From Thermodesulfovibrionales bacterium (GTDB lineage: Bacteria > Nitrospirota > Thermodesulfovibrionia > Thermodesulfovibrionales > SM23-35): a stretch of DNA of 64,000 nt. Numbering within the stretch: position 1 is the first letter of the stretch; the number at the start of each line of letters is the position of its first letter. Location: assembly GCA_963715195.1 (NCBI GenBank), contig CAVQRT010000031.1, positions 262,918 through 326,917 of the forward strand, read 5' to 3'. The notes below the pieces were generated by a model that was not told where the DNA came from, ran no database searches, and saw only the letters and a list, made by a program, of their open reading frames with translations. The position numbers were made by a program, and so were the translations under genes. This document shows, in pieces, positions 36,718 through 46,143 of this stretch.

Positions 36718-37092
36718 TTGTCTCAAATAAGAGTGCTCCTCGTTGACGATGAAGTTGAATTTGCGTTAGCCTTAGCGGAACGATTAAAGTTACGCAATTT
36801 CGATACACAAGCTGTTTCCAATGCTGAAGATGCAATAACGGAAGTTCGAAATAATCCTCCTGATATTGTGCTGCTTGATTACAGGATGCCTGGTACGGAT
36901 GGTATAGGAACCCTGAAGATCATTAAAGAAATAAATCCCTCCATCGAGGTTATTATGTTGACAGGCCTCCAGGATAATCTCAGCATGGAAGAGGGAATAA
37001 AGAGCGGTGTTTTTGAATATTTGGTGAAGCCCGTAGATATTGAGGAATTGATGATAAAGATCAAGCTTGCTCAGAAGAAAAGGCAGGGTTGA
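36718..37092 (+). CDS. Response regulator, receiver domain only
   Basis: VLLVDDE, DIVLLDYRMPGTDG and IMLTG. TTG start 6 nt after SD GAGGAGG. The ORF is open from a GTG at 36703. Confidence 0.85.
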   Translation: MSQIRVLLVDDEVEFALALAERLKLRNFDTQAVSNAEDAITEVRNNPPDIVLLDYRMPGTDGIGTLKIIKEINPSIEVIMLTGLQDNLSMEEGIKSGVFEYLVKPVDIEELMIKIKLAQKKRQG

Positions 37093-37317
37093 AGTCAGCA
37101 TATGCCTGCAAACTCTTGATTTCTTGTTTCTTGTCCGGAAGCCAGACCCTTCAATATAACATTCCAGAAAGCTTGTCCCATCGTTCGTTCGGTTCCAAAT
37201 AAACTCAAAAGAACCCCGATAACAAAGTTATTGACTTTTTTGAAAGAACTATGATATTTTTGCACCTATCCAACAGGTAGTACCAGTTCTCATTAGAATT
37301 CAGGAAGGGGAACATTT

Positions 37318-38576
37318 ATGAGTGATTCAACAGGTTGGGATTGGGACACAAAAGAAAAATTAGTAGCAAACATTGATGAGTGGAGAAAAAAATATTATGC
37401 CATCCGTGATCTTGTCCCCAGTGATGACGGCGAAAAAATGGCCACGATCGTTAAGAACGAAGACCGCAGATTTACCACCTGCGTCAATGGCGACGTATGG
37501 GAAGAAACCTTCGAGAGGGTCTATTCATTAAAATTCACCCCGGACGGTCAGCTCGTTTCGCTTACGTACAGAGACTATGAATGGGCCGTCGCAGTCGATC
37601 ACGAGATGTGGGAGGAAAAGTTCGATTACCTGTGGAATCTTACCATAAGTCCTGATGGCAAAAGCATTGCAGTCAATATACGAACAGGTGAGATGACAAG
37701 CGGGGTTTGTCTGAACGGGAAGACGTGGGAAAACAATTTCCCCGAGGCGAGAGATCTCATGTTAAGTCCTGACGGAAAAAGGACTGCATCTCATGTTCAG
37801 GTAACCCCGCGTGCCGAACTAGATATCCACGGTTTTTTAAAGAAAAATTGGACAGTTGCCGTGGATGGGACTACCTGGGACACCACCTTCTTGACAGCTT
37901 GGGGGTCTGCTTTCAGTGACGACAGCAATCATGTGGCTGCTATAGGAATGACAGACTTGTCTCAGTACACGATCGTTGTTGACGGCAACCCTTGGGAGCA
38001 GGTTTATTCGGCGCTGTATGGGAGCCAATTTTCAAGCCCAAGAGTACTGATGTTATTGCCCCTGTGCAGACACCCAAGGGCTGGACTCTTGCAATGAACG
38101 GAAAACCGATATGGAGTAATTTTTCGCAGGTATGGAAGCAAACATATAGTCCTGATGGTAAATTGGCAGCTGTTGTTGCGGTTGATGTCGGGAAATGGAC
38201 GGTAGCAGTTGATGGTATACCATGGAATGCTGTGTACAACCAGATGGTGTTATCCCCGATATTCAGTCCTGACGGGAAAAAGGTTGCGGCTGTAGTTAAA
38301 AATAATAATCGATGGACAGTTTCTGTGGATGGCGCTGTATGGTCAGAAACCTTCGATAACATATGGGATCCGGTTTTTAGTCCGGGTAGCGATATCCTGA
38401 TAGCAAAGGCTGAGAAAAACGGAAGATATTTTGTTACGGTGAATGGAAAAATCGGGAAGAAGGATTATGAGTGGCTCTGGAACCCCGTTTTTAATTCCGA
38501 TGGGACAAAAATCCTGATCAGAGCTATGGATAAAGGTAAGTATTACCGCAGAATAGTGTCTGTAAACGAAATCTAA
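37318..38576 (+). pseudogene. Cytoplasmic beta-propeller-like repeat protein (SPDGK/W-x-W repeats), split by one frame disruption
   Basis: About nine roughly 45-aa repeats of the form W..F..(V/L)W.(P/L).(F/I)SPDGK..A.......W.V.VDG..W. The ORFs 37318..38097 and 37992..38576 join at about 38012 (...PWEQVYSA / VWEPIFKPKS...). Confidence 0.55.
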
Positions 38577-38597
38577 ATTACATAGGTAGGGGAAATT

Positions 38598-39269
38598 ATG
38601 GAATTTTTAGGAAGCACGGCACTATACAACATCCTCAGAGGTCCTCTTGTGTGGGTTGCTTTTCTTGTTTTTATCGGGGGGAGCAGTTACAGGATTTATA
38701 CCCTGCTTGATCTCGCAAAAAAAGAGAAAGTCATTTTTCCATTCATCAGCCTGAAAGCCACCCTGAAGTCTCTTTTCCACTGGGTTATCCCCTTTGCTTC
38801 AAGAAACTGGAGACTCAGGCCTGTGATGACGGTGGTAACGTTTTTATTCCATATAGGTCTTGTTTTTACCCCTATCTTTCTGCTCTCCCATAATATCCTC
38901 TGGCGTGAATCCTGGGGAATAACATGGTGGAGCCTGCCTGAAAATATCGCTGATATCATGACCCTTATTGTTATTTTCACCTGTATTTTTTTCTTTCTCA
39001 GGAGGATTTTCACGCCGGAGGTCAGATTTGTTACATTTACGTCGGATTATGTTTTGCTCGCTGTTTCCTTTCTCCCTTTTTTCACCGGATTTCTTGCGTA
39101 TCACCAGTGGGCTCTTCCGCATACAGCGATGGTAAATCTCCATATCCTTTTTGGTGAAGTCATGTTGATTGCAATTCCTTTCACGAGACTGGGCCATATG
39201 TTTTATTTCTTCTTGACGAGGTCATGGATGGGTTCCAATTTTGCCCTTTGGCACACAAGAGACTGGTAA
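38598..39269 (+). CDS. hmcE: NarI/DsrM/HmcE-type integral-membrane di-heme cytochrome b subunit
   Basis: 223 aa with about five hydrophobic helices and conserved His in helices (FHWVIP, LFHIGLVF, NLHILFGE). It lies directly upstream of the HdrD-like gene. Confidence 0.7.
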   Translation: MEFLGSTALYNILRGPLVWVAFLVFIGGSSYRIYTLLDLAKKEKVIFPFISLKATLKSLFHWVIPFASRNWRLRPVMTVVTFLFHIGLVFTPIFLLSHNILWRESWGITWWSLPENIADIMTLIVIFTCIFFFLRRIFTPEVRFVTFTSDYVLLAVSFLPFFTGFLAYHQWALPHTAMVNLHILFGEVMLIAIPFTRLGHMFYFFLTRSWMGSNFALWHTRDW

Positions 39270-39295
39270 CGAGTTCGGTATAGAGGAGGACAAGA

Positions 39296-40691
39296 ATGGC
39301 GGTAAAGAATACAGCGAAAGAAGCCGTAAAAGAAAAAGTGATAAGCAGGGAATTCAAGGAATATGTGCGGGATGTCAATCCCGATAAGGGTCTTGATGAA
39401 ACGATAGCGAACCTTACGCCGGAAAAGATAGAAAAGACTATTAAGGCGGTTATCGGCGGGCGTTCTTCAAGGATTAAAGCGGTTATGAATACCTGTATCC
39501 ATTGCGGCCTCTGCGCTGAGGCTTGCCAGTGGTATCATTTCCAATGACAAAGATCCAACCTATGCACCGGTAGCAAAGATGAGGATGACGATATGGGAGA
39601 TGCTAAAACGGGACGGTAAGGTTGATGCCGAATTCATAAAGCAATGCGCACGGATAGTGTTCACAGAATGTAACATCTGCCACCGCTGCAGCATGTATTG
39701 CCCGTATGGGTTGGATATTACCTTTATCATCGGTATGGTCCGCCGCATCTGTTTTTTACTCGGGGTCATTCCCCAGCGCCAGTTCGACCAGGCTGAAGCC
39801 CATATCGCTACGTTGAATCAGGTCTGGCTTTCGCAGAATGACTGGCTTGATGCCGTGCAGTGGCATAGAAGAAGAGTCAGGGGCGGATTATATAGACCTG
39901 CGTATTCCTATTGATAATGAGGGAGCAGAGGTTATGTTCTTGCCTCTCGGCGCAGAGCCGAAGACGGGGACGTACCACATAGAGCGTACAGCGAAGATTA
40001 TGCTTGCTGCAGGAGTGAACTGGACGGTACCCGGGTAAGGGTGACTGGGACTGCAGCAGCATGTCCATGTTCGTCCGTGACATGGTGACCATGCAGAGGA
40101 TCGTGAGGGGGCTTTATGAGAATGCAGCCAGATTGCGAATTAAAACAATGATGTTGACTGAGTGAGGGCACCCTCGCTTTGCCACAAGTTTTGTGGCACC
40201 GCCGATGCTGGGATACAAAGAACTCCCCTTTGAAGTGAAGCAGACGGGTGAAGTGTTACTATGACCTTCTCAAGAGCGGGAGGATAAAGATTGACCCAAG
40301 CAAAAAGATTAAAGTACCTGTTACGCTTCAGGACCCGTGCAACATTATCGGACGGGCAGGGGCAGCGGAGAAATTCAGGTATATTGTCAATGCAACCTGT
40401 GAGGATTTCCGGGAAATGACGCCGAACCGTGAGCATAACTATTGCTGTAATGCAGGTGGCGGACTGGCAGCGTTGTCGAACTGGGCAGCGCATAAAGCGA
40501 AGGGAAACAGGGTGAAGGCCGAGCAGATTAAGGCAACGGGTGCGAAGATTGTCATTACACCATGCCATAACTGCAGTACCGGTATAAAAGATGTAATCAA
40601 AATCTGGGACCTCGGTGTAAAGAATATGTTTTTTGATGAATTACTCGTAAATACCATGGTAATGCCTGATGAATTTAAAGTACAGAAATAA
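39296..40691 (+). pseudogene. hmcF: HdrD/DsrK/HmcF-type cytoplasmic Fe-S protein (2x[4Fe-4S] plus two CCG-type domains). It has four single-base frame disruptions and one in-frame TGA.
   Basis: CIHCGLCAEAC and CNICHRCSMYCP. The second CCG domain is DPC...YCCNAGGG...PCHNC. Conserved sequence can be followed through five frames, with junctions at about 39539, 39864, 40033 and 40247. A TGA sits at 40163..40165. Confidence 0.75.
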
Positions 40692-40712
40692 AGCGGGAAG
40701 GATGAGAATATT

Positions 40713-42389
40713 ATGAAAAAAGGGTTAATTGTTTTTGCCGTCGGATTTTGTTATCTCATCTTGATCATTTACGGTATCGGTGTAATCTATTCTGTGGAAA
40801 CTCCCACTGAGAAAACAGAAGTTGTTCAAAAGGTCCCGGTTGAACAGCTCAAGGATAAAATTTCCATTGCCCATGCCGATATCTTTGGTTCGCTTGAACG
40901 CCCTCAGGTGATTTTTGATCACAAGAAGCATATTGAAGCACTGGTCAAGGATGGCAAAAAGGATTGGGAAACCTGCGACTCCTGCCATCCCTGGAATGAA
41001 GACAAGACGCATATGTCCTTTATTTTTCCCCAAAAGGTCGCAAAAAAAGATAAAGACTCCTACATGCATGCTTACCACGATGAGTGCATGGATTGTCACA
41101 AGGAGATGAGTTCCGAGAAAAAGAAAAGCGGCCCTGTCGTCTGCGGCGAGTGTCATGTTGAAAAGCTTGCAGCGTTACAATATATATATCCGGCCGCAGA
41201 ATTTAGTTACGAACATCATGATAACCATGACAAGAAATTAAAAGAAAAGAATATACAAGACAACTGTGCTTATTGCCATCATATTTATAATGAAGAACTC
41301 GTCTATGAAAAGGGCAAGGAGTGGTCATGTTATTACTGCCACGAGATCGGCAGAAAGACAGGTCCGGTTCTTGCCGAGGAGACAAGAATAATCGGCAAGA
41401 AAGGCCTCGGTCTGGACAGGGTCTCCCATACGCGATGCCTCAATTGCCATCTCTACTATAAAAAGCAGGATGAAGGAAAGAAGAAAGCCAAGGACGAAAA
41501 AGAGATTCCGATTGAATGTGCGCAATGTCATACGGGTAAATACAAGACGATAGCGGAACTGGAAAAGGTTCCCCGGCCGGATAGCGGACAGGCAGAAAAA
41601 GCTTTTATAGACGTTGACAAGGCAAAAATGAAGGGGGTTCCCTTTGACCATAAGAGCCATCAAACCCAATCCAAGACATGCCGGGGATGCCACCACGAAA
41701 CCCTGAATGCATGCAAAGAATGTCACACGCTCACCGGGAATCCGGATGGAGGGAACGTAAATATTGCTGGGGCGTACCACGAAATTTCTTCTGAACAGAG
41801 CTGCTCTGGATGTCATACGGTCAAGAAAGCTGAGAAAAATTGTAACGGATGCCACCATGCAATCATGCCTGTCGATGCCCAGACAAAGGGTCCTAAGAAG
41901 GCAATTTGTGCAATCTGCCATTCCGGAAAGCGGGAACTCCTTCCCGCAACAAAACTTTCCATCGCCGGACTTGATACAGAGAAGGTCAAGAAGGAGGTGG
42001 AAGTAAAGATCCTTGAGAAGGAATATGAACCTTCTAAGTTCCCGCATATAAAGATTATTGAGAAGATGGTAAAAATTTCGAATGATGACAAGTTAGGATC
42101 CTATTTCCACAGGGATCTCCAAACACTCTGTGAGGGATGTCATCATCAGAGCCGGGCAGAGGCAGAGGCAAAGAAAGACGAGCCGCCTTATTGCAGGAAC
42201 TGTCATTCCATAGCATTTGATCCCCAGCGAATCAACAGGCCAAGATTACTTGCCGCCTACCACCGTCAGTGCATACAGTGTCATCAAAAGATGGAACTTG
42301 AGAAACCGAAAGAATGCAAGGAATGTCATAAGGAAAAAGAACTGCGTCCGGAATTCGTTCTTTCAAAGCCCAGTGAAGTAAGCCGGTAG
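40713..42389 (+). CDS. hmcA: Sixteen-heme high-molecular-weight cytochrome c (HmcA-type)
   Basis: Sixteen CxxCH motifs counted in 558 aa, with an N-terminal signal/anchor helix. Confidence 0.9.
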   Translation: MKKGLIVFAVGFCYLILIIYGIGVIYSVETPTEKTEVVQKVPVEQLKDKISIAHADIFGSLERPQVIFDHKKHIEALVKDGKKDWETCDSCHPWNEDKTHMSFIFPQKVAKKDKDSYMHAYHDECMDCHKEMSSEKKKSGPVVCGECHVEKLAALQYIYPAAEFSYEHHDNHDKKLKEKNIQDNCAYCHHIYNEELVYEKGKEWSCYYCHEIGRKTGPVLAEETRIIGKKGLGLDRVSHTRCLNCHLYYKKQDEGKKKAKDEKEIPIECAQCHTGKYKTIAELEKVPRPDSGQAEKAFIDVDKAKMKGVPFDHKSHQTQSKTCRGCHHETLNACKECHTLTGNPDGGNVNIAGAYHEISSEQSCSGCHTVKKAEKNCNGCHHAIMPVDAQTKGPKKAICAICHSGKRELLPATKLSIAGLDTEKVKKEVEVKILEKEYEPSKFPHIKIIEKMVKISNDDKLGSYFHRDLQTLCEGCHHQSRAEAEAKKDEPPYCRNCHSIAFDPQRINRPRLLAAYHRQCIQCHQKMELEKPKECKECHKEKELRPEFVLSKPSEVSR

Positions 42390-42404
42390 CAAGAGGAGGA
42401 CTGA

Positions 42405-42518
42405 ATGTATATATTCGAACAACTGTTTTCCCATCACGGATACGAATATGCGGTTGCCGTGCTGGCGATGTTTGTTTTTATCGCGTTTTATATGATTATT
42501 ACATCGGAGAGAAAATAA
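42405..42518 (+). CDS. 37-codon single-TM micro-protein (possible HmcD equivalent)
   Basis: MYIFEQLFSHHGYEYAVAVLAMFVFIAFYMIITSERK. Excellent SD (AAGAGGAGGA) 4 nt upstream. It is below the ORF-track size cutoff. Confidence 0.45.
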   Translation: MYIFEQLFSHHGYEYAVAVLAMFVFIAFYMIITSERK

Positions 42519-42537
42519 ACGGCATGGAGGCGAACGT

Positions 42538-43566
42538 ATGAGTATAGACAGAAGGAAATTCCTGAAGCACTCCTTAACCATGGCTGGAGCAACGTTGCTC
42601 AGCGGTGGATCCATTGCCCATGCTTTAGATAAACGCGATCCTTCTATTCTTTCGACCGGAAACACCGCAAATGCAAGAAACTGGAAGCTATGGGTCGAGA
42701 AGTCTGAAAGCCTTACCCCGGAAAAATATGGCGTTCTCGTTGATACAACTGTCTGTATCGGATGCCGCAGATGCGAGTGGGCATGCAATGAATGGAATAA
42801 AAACCCAAACAGGCCGATAAAGGAGTTTGAAGCGTCGGTATCACAACAAAAATCTGTTTTCGACACGGTCCGGAGAATGCATGCCGGCAACTTTACGGTG
42901 GTTAATCGCTTCATAAGCTCTAAAGACGGCAAGCCGATATACGTGAAGAGGCAATGCATGCACTGCGACGATCCCGGCTGTTTATCCTCATGTTTTGTCG
43001 ATGCATACAGAAAAGCCAAAAATGGCCCGGTTGTCCATAACGCATCGGTATGTATCGGGTGCCGCTATTGCATGGTTGCCTGCCCCTTTGACGTGCCCGC
43101 ATATGAATACTATGCTCCGTTAAACCCGCAAATCACAAAATGTACGTTTTGCTTTGACAGAATATCGCAGGGCGGGGTCCCGGCCTGTGTCGAGATTTGT
43201 CCTGCGGGAGTACTGACCTATGGGAAAAGAAGCGATCTTATGAAACTTGCACGCGAAAAGATAGGAAACAACCCTGATAAATATATTGATCATGTTTACG
43301 GAGAATATGAGGTGGGAGGTACAAGCTGGCTTTATTTGTCGTCAGTTCCTTTTCATGAAATAGGTCTGAGAACAGATGTTGGAACAACCCCTACACCAAA
43401 ACTCACTAAGGGATTTCTTATTGGTGTCAAGATGTTCGAAATAGTCGCCGCATGGCCTCTTGTTTTCGGGGCCTATTATACAATCTCAAAGGCTCGGGAA
43501 AAAACAAGAGCGGGCCATGAAGCATCCGCTGCTGGAAAGGAAGAAGGTCATGGCGAAAAACACTAA
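42538..43566 (+). CDS. hmcB: Tat-exported 4x[4Fe-4S] ferredoxin-type subunit (HmcB/NrfC/PsrB-like) with a C-terminal TM anchor
   Basis: Twin-arginine leader DRRKFLK...AHA. Clusters CIGCRRCEWAC, CMHCDDPGC, CIGCRYCMVACP and CTFC...C.EICP. Confidence 0.85.
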   Translation: MSIDRRKFLKHSLTMAGATLLSGGSIAHALDKRDPSILSTGNTANARNWKLWVEKSESLTPEKYGVLVDTTVCIGCRRCEWACNEWNKNPNRPIKEFEASVSQQKSVFDTVRRMHAGNFTVVNRFISSKDGKPIYVKRQCMHCDDPGCLSSCFVDAYRKAKNGPVVHNASVCIGCRYCMVACPFDVPAYEYYAPLNPQITKCTFCFDRISQGGVPACVEICPAGVLTYGKRSDLMKLAREKIGNNPDKYIDHVYGEYEVGGTSWLYLSSVPFHEIGLRTDVGTTPTPKLTKGFLIGVKMFEIVAAWPLVFGAYYTISKAREKTRAGHEASAAGKEEGHGEKH

Positions 43567-44764
43567 TTCTTGGTTTCGGGAAAAGATACTTCTTGGCAAG
43601 TCTAATAGAGATTACATTATCAGCAGTGCTACTCCGGGGAATTTTATCGCAGGTCTTATCATCGTCTATGGGGTTATCGTCATGGTTTACCGTCTTTTCT
43701 TCGGTCTCGGACCCTCGACGAATCTCTCTGATAACTATCCCTGGGGCTTCTGGATAGGGTTCGATATCCTTATCGGGATTGCTTTGGCAGCTCCGGGCTT
43801 AACCCTTGGAACAGCAGTCCATCTCTTCGGGATGAAGAAATATCACCATTTCGTCCGCCCTGCTATTCTCTCAAGTCTTCTCGGATATATTTTTGCGGTA
43901 TTTGCGCTTCTTTTCGACCTTGGCCGTTACTATCGGATCCCCTATCTCCTGGGATGGTCATGGGGTTTTTCTTCAGTGCTGTTTTTGATCGGCTGGCATT
44001 TCTTCCTGTATATCAACATCTGCCTCATTGAGTGGAGTCCTGCGCTTTTTGAATGGTTGAATCTCAAGAAACTCCGCGAATTTTTTCAGAGGGCGGCAAT
44101 ATGGGCAACTATTTTCGGAGTCATTATCGCCGGAGGCCATCAGTCTGCGCTTGGTGGGTTGTATCTGATTGCCCCTGCAAAACTTCACCCCCTCTGGTAT
44201 TCAATGTTCTTGCCGGTTTTTTTCCTTTTATCCGCAATATTTGTAGGCATTGCGATGGTGATCGTGGAAAGCACGATTACTCACAAGGTGTTTAAACATC
44301 AGCTGAAGGATTTTAACCAGGCTGAATTTGACAAGCGGACCATGGGTCTTGGCACGGCCGCTGCAGCGGGTTTATTCATCTACTTTATTCTCAAAATATT
44401 TGATCTGGCTCATTCAGACAACTGGGCATATTTGAACACATTTTATGGTTACTGGTACTTGCTTGAGGTCCTGGGCTTTGTTCTCCTGCCGGCAATGCTT
44501 TTCGCATCGGGCGTTAGAAACGGGAATGCAAAGCTTATTCGCCTGACGGCAGTTTTGACGGTGGCCGGTGTGATATTAAACCGATTGAATGTCTCTATCT
44601 TTGCCTATAACTGGCAATTCCCTGCATCAATGAAGTATTACCCGAAATGGATGGAAATTTCACTGTCTTTCGGGGTTGTAGCAATGTTGATTGTCGCGTA
44701 CCGCTTTATTGCCAACAGAATGGCAATCATGTACGATCACCCTGATTACGGTTCAGGTCACTAA
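43550..44764 (+). CDS. hmcC: NrfD/PsrC-family integral membrane subunit (HmcC-like)
   Basis: About 400 aa with 8-10 hydrophobic helices. The ATG at 43550 is preceded by GGAAAGGAAGAAGG. The ORF is open from 43460. Confidence 0.85.
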   Translation: MAKNTNSWFREKILLGKSNRDYIISSATPGNFIAGLIIVYGVIVMVYRLFFGLGPSTNLSDNYPWGFWIGFDILIGIALAAPGLTLGTAVHLFGMKKYHHFVRPAILSSLLGYIFAVFALLFDLGRYYRIPYLLGWSWGFSSVLFLIGWHFFLYINICLIEWSPALFEWLNLKKLREFFQRAAIWATIFGVIIAGGHQSALGGLYLIAPAKLHPLWYSMFLPVFFLLSAIFVGIAMVIVESTITHKVFKHQLKDFNQAEFDKRTMGLGTAAAAGLFIYFILKIFDLAHSDNWAYLNTFYGYWYLLEVLGFVLLPAMLFASGVRNGNAKLIRLTAVLTVAGVILNRLNVSIFAYNWQFPASMKYYPKWMEISLSFGVVAMLIVAYRFIANRMAIMYDHPDYGSGH

Positions 44765-44775
44765 TATGATGATGG

Positions 44776-44801
44776 GTTTTCGGAAAAAAGCGAAAACTTT
44801 T
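44776..44801 (+). terminator. Intrinsic terminator after the hmc genes
   Basis: GTTTTCG-GAAAAAAG-CGAAAAC followed by TTTT. Confidence 0.55.
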
Positions 44802-44833
44802 ATATAGGAACCCTGATAAATATTGAGCTGTTT

Positions 44834-45346
44834 TCAGGTTGCAGACTTTCTATTTGCTGTATTTAATAATTTATCGATATGCTTTTGGAGATAAGTCAGA
44901 GCTTCTGCGAGTTTGTCCTGGGAAATCCTCGGTACCGTGTTTAGTAAACTTCTGATTTCAGGTTCATCCTTTCCCAGTGCTTTACTGATATAAAACGAAT
45001 CAATTTTGCTATCCATTATTAAACAGCCGCACCCGCCTGCTGAACCTAAAAACTCCCCGTTTATAAAAATAGGCACGAGAAATTTTGAAAATCCCGCTTC
45101 ACATTCATCAATAACTGGAGTCCTGCTCTGAAAAACTTTTTTTGAAAAATTTTGCTGGGAAGTAGCACATATTACACGGGAATCGCCGGCCTTAATCAAA
45201 GGACACACCTCATTTGCCCATCCAACAGGAGAATGAATAAGGAGATTGTCCTTATTATAAATACAACTGTTAAAGCCAAAATTTTTATACATATCCTCAG
45301 CCAACTGCCTCCAGGATTCAACAGGAATTAGATCAGTGAGTTCCAT
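44834..45346 (-). CDS. PocR-type sensory domain protein
   Basis: C..I......G...C...D.C.AG...F..PI...GEF.G..GGCG pattern (CPLIKAG...CATSQQ...DECEAGFSKFLVPIFINGEFLGSAGGCG). SD AGGAGGAGG. Confidence 0.65.
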   Translation of the reverse strand: MELTDLIPVESWRQLAEDMYKNFGFNSCIYNKDNLLIHSPVGWANEVCPLIKAGDSRVICATSQQNFSKKVFQSRTPVIDECEAGFSKFLVPIFINGEFLGSAGGCGCLIMDSKIDSFYISKALGKDEPEIRSLLNTVPRISQDKLAEALTYLQKHIDKLLNTANRKSAT

Positions 45347-45460
45347 CCTCAACCTCCTCCTATTTATTTATATTACACTAATATTATCATGAGCAAGGAA
45401 AAAAGATAACAGTTATTTCTTATAACAGCTTTATGAATTAGTAGCATTACTGCTGTATAA

Positions 45461-45499
45461 ACACAAAACTGCGCAAAGGGTCATTTGCCCTCTGCGCAG
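45461..45499 (-). terminator. Intrinsic terminator for the minus-strand exported-protein gene
   Basis: The minus strand reads CTGCGCAGAGGG-CAAATGA-CCCTTTGCGCAG followed by TTTTGTGTTT. Confidence 0.55.
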
Positions 45500-45522
45500 C
45501 CATTTTATGCTACAGGTGGACA

Positions 45523-45891
45523 TTATTGAAAAGTAATACTCCTTGCGAGATTCACTTCGCCCTTCTTGGTATATACAACAACAATCTTGTCGCCGGCTTT
45601 GATGTCAGAGAGGCCCCTTTTTTCATTCCCTTTCATTATTTTTGTTTCCTGGTCTGTAACAGCAGTAACTGCTATGGTCTTATCCTTAAATTTTTTTGTT
45701 ACGGTAATGGTACCAGCGCCTTCATTTACTGATTGGACAGCCCCACTGATCTGTAAAGATTTCGATGCAGGCAGGAGTTTAAAATCATGTGACTGATCCT
45801 TTTGATTTTCGGACGCATATGAAGTTGTTGCGATACAAAAAGCAAAGAAAAAAGACAAGAGAATAAAGATACATTTCTTCACAGAAATCAC
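45523..45891 (-). CDS. Small exported protein of unknown function
   Basis: Signal peptide KCIFILLSFFFAFCIATTSYA followed by a beta-rich mature part. SD AGGAGG. Confidence 0.5.
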   Translation of the reverse strand: MISVKKCIFILLSFFFAFCIATTSYASENQKDQSHDFKLLPASKSLQISGAVQSVNEGAGTITVTKKFKDKTIAVTAVTDQETKIMKGNEKRGLSDIKAGDKIVVVYTKKGEVNLARSITFQ

Positions 45892-46143
45892 CTCCTTTCG
45901 TGAATATTTTCATGAACACTTTATGTAGATGATCTTTCTTGTGACTTATCATTATACTAAAAAATTGCGCATAACGGGAAAGATTTTTCTTAACGAGACA
46001 AATAAACAGTATCTCGCTTAAGCCTTATATATCTTCTGGTAACAATAAGAGCACGGGTGGCTATTTTAGGATGAAAAAGTCCGGACATTTTCAGCAATTT
46101 TTATGGTAAAATTACTTACTTTACAAAGGAGCAGAGAGGCATT

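Noticed and set aside
41325-43019. Long minus-strand ORFs inside hmcA and hmcB (41325..42047, 240 aa; 42363..43019, 218 aa)
   Set aside because: They lie opposite genes with unambiguous CxxCH and Fe-S motif content. Their sequences are low-complexity and lack SD sequences.
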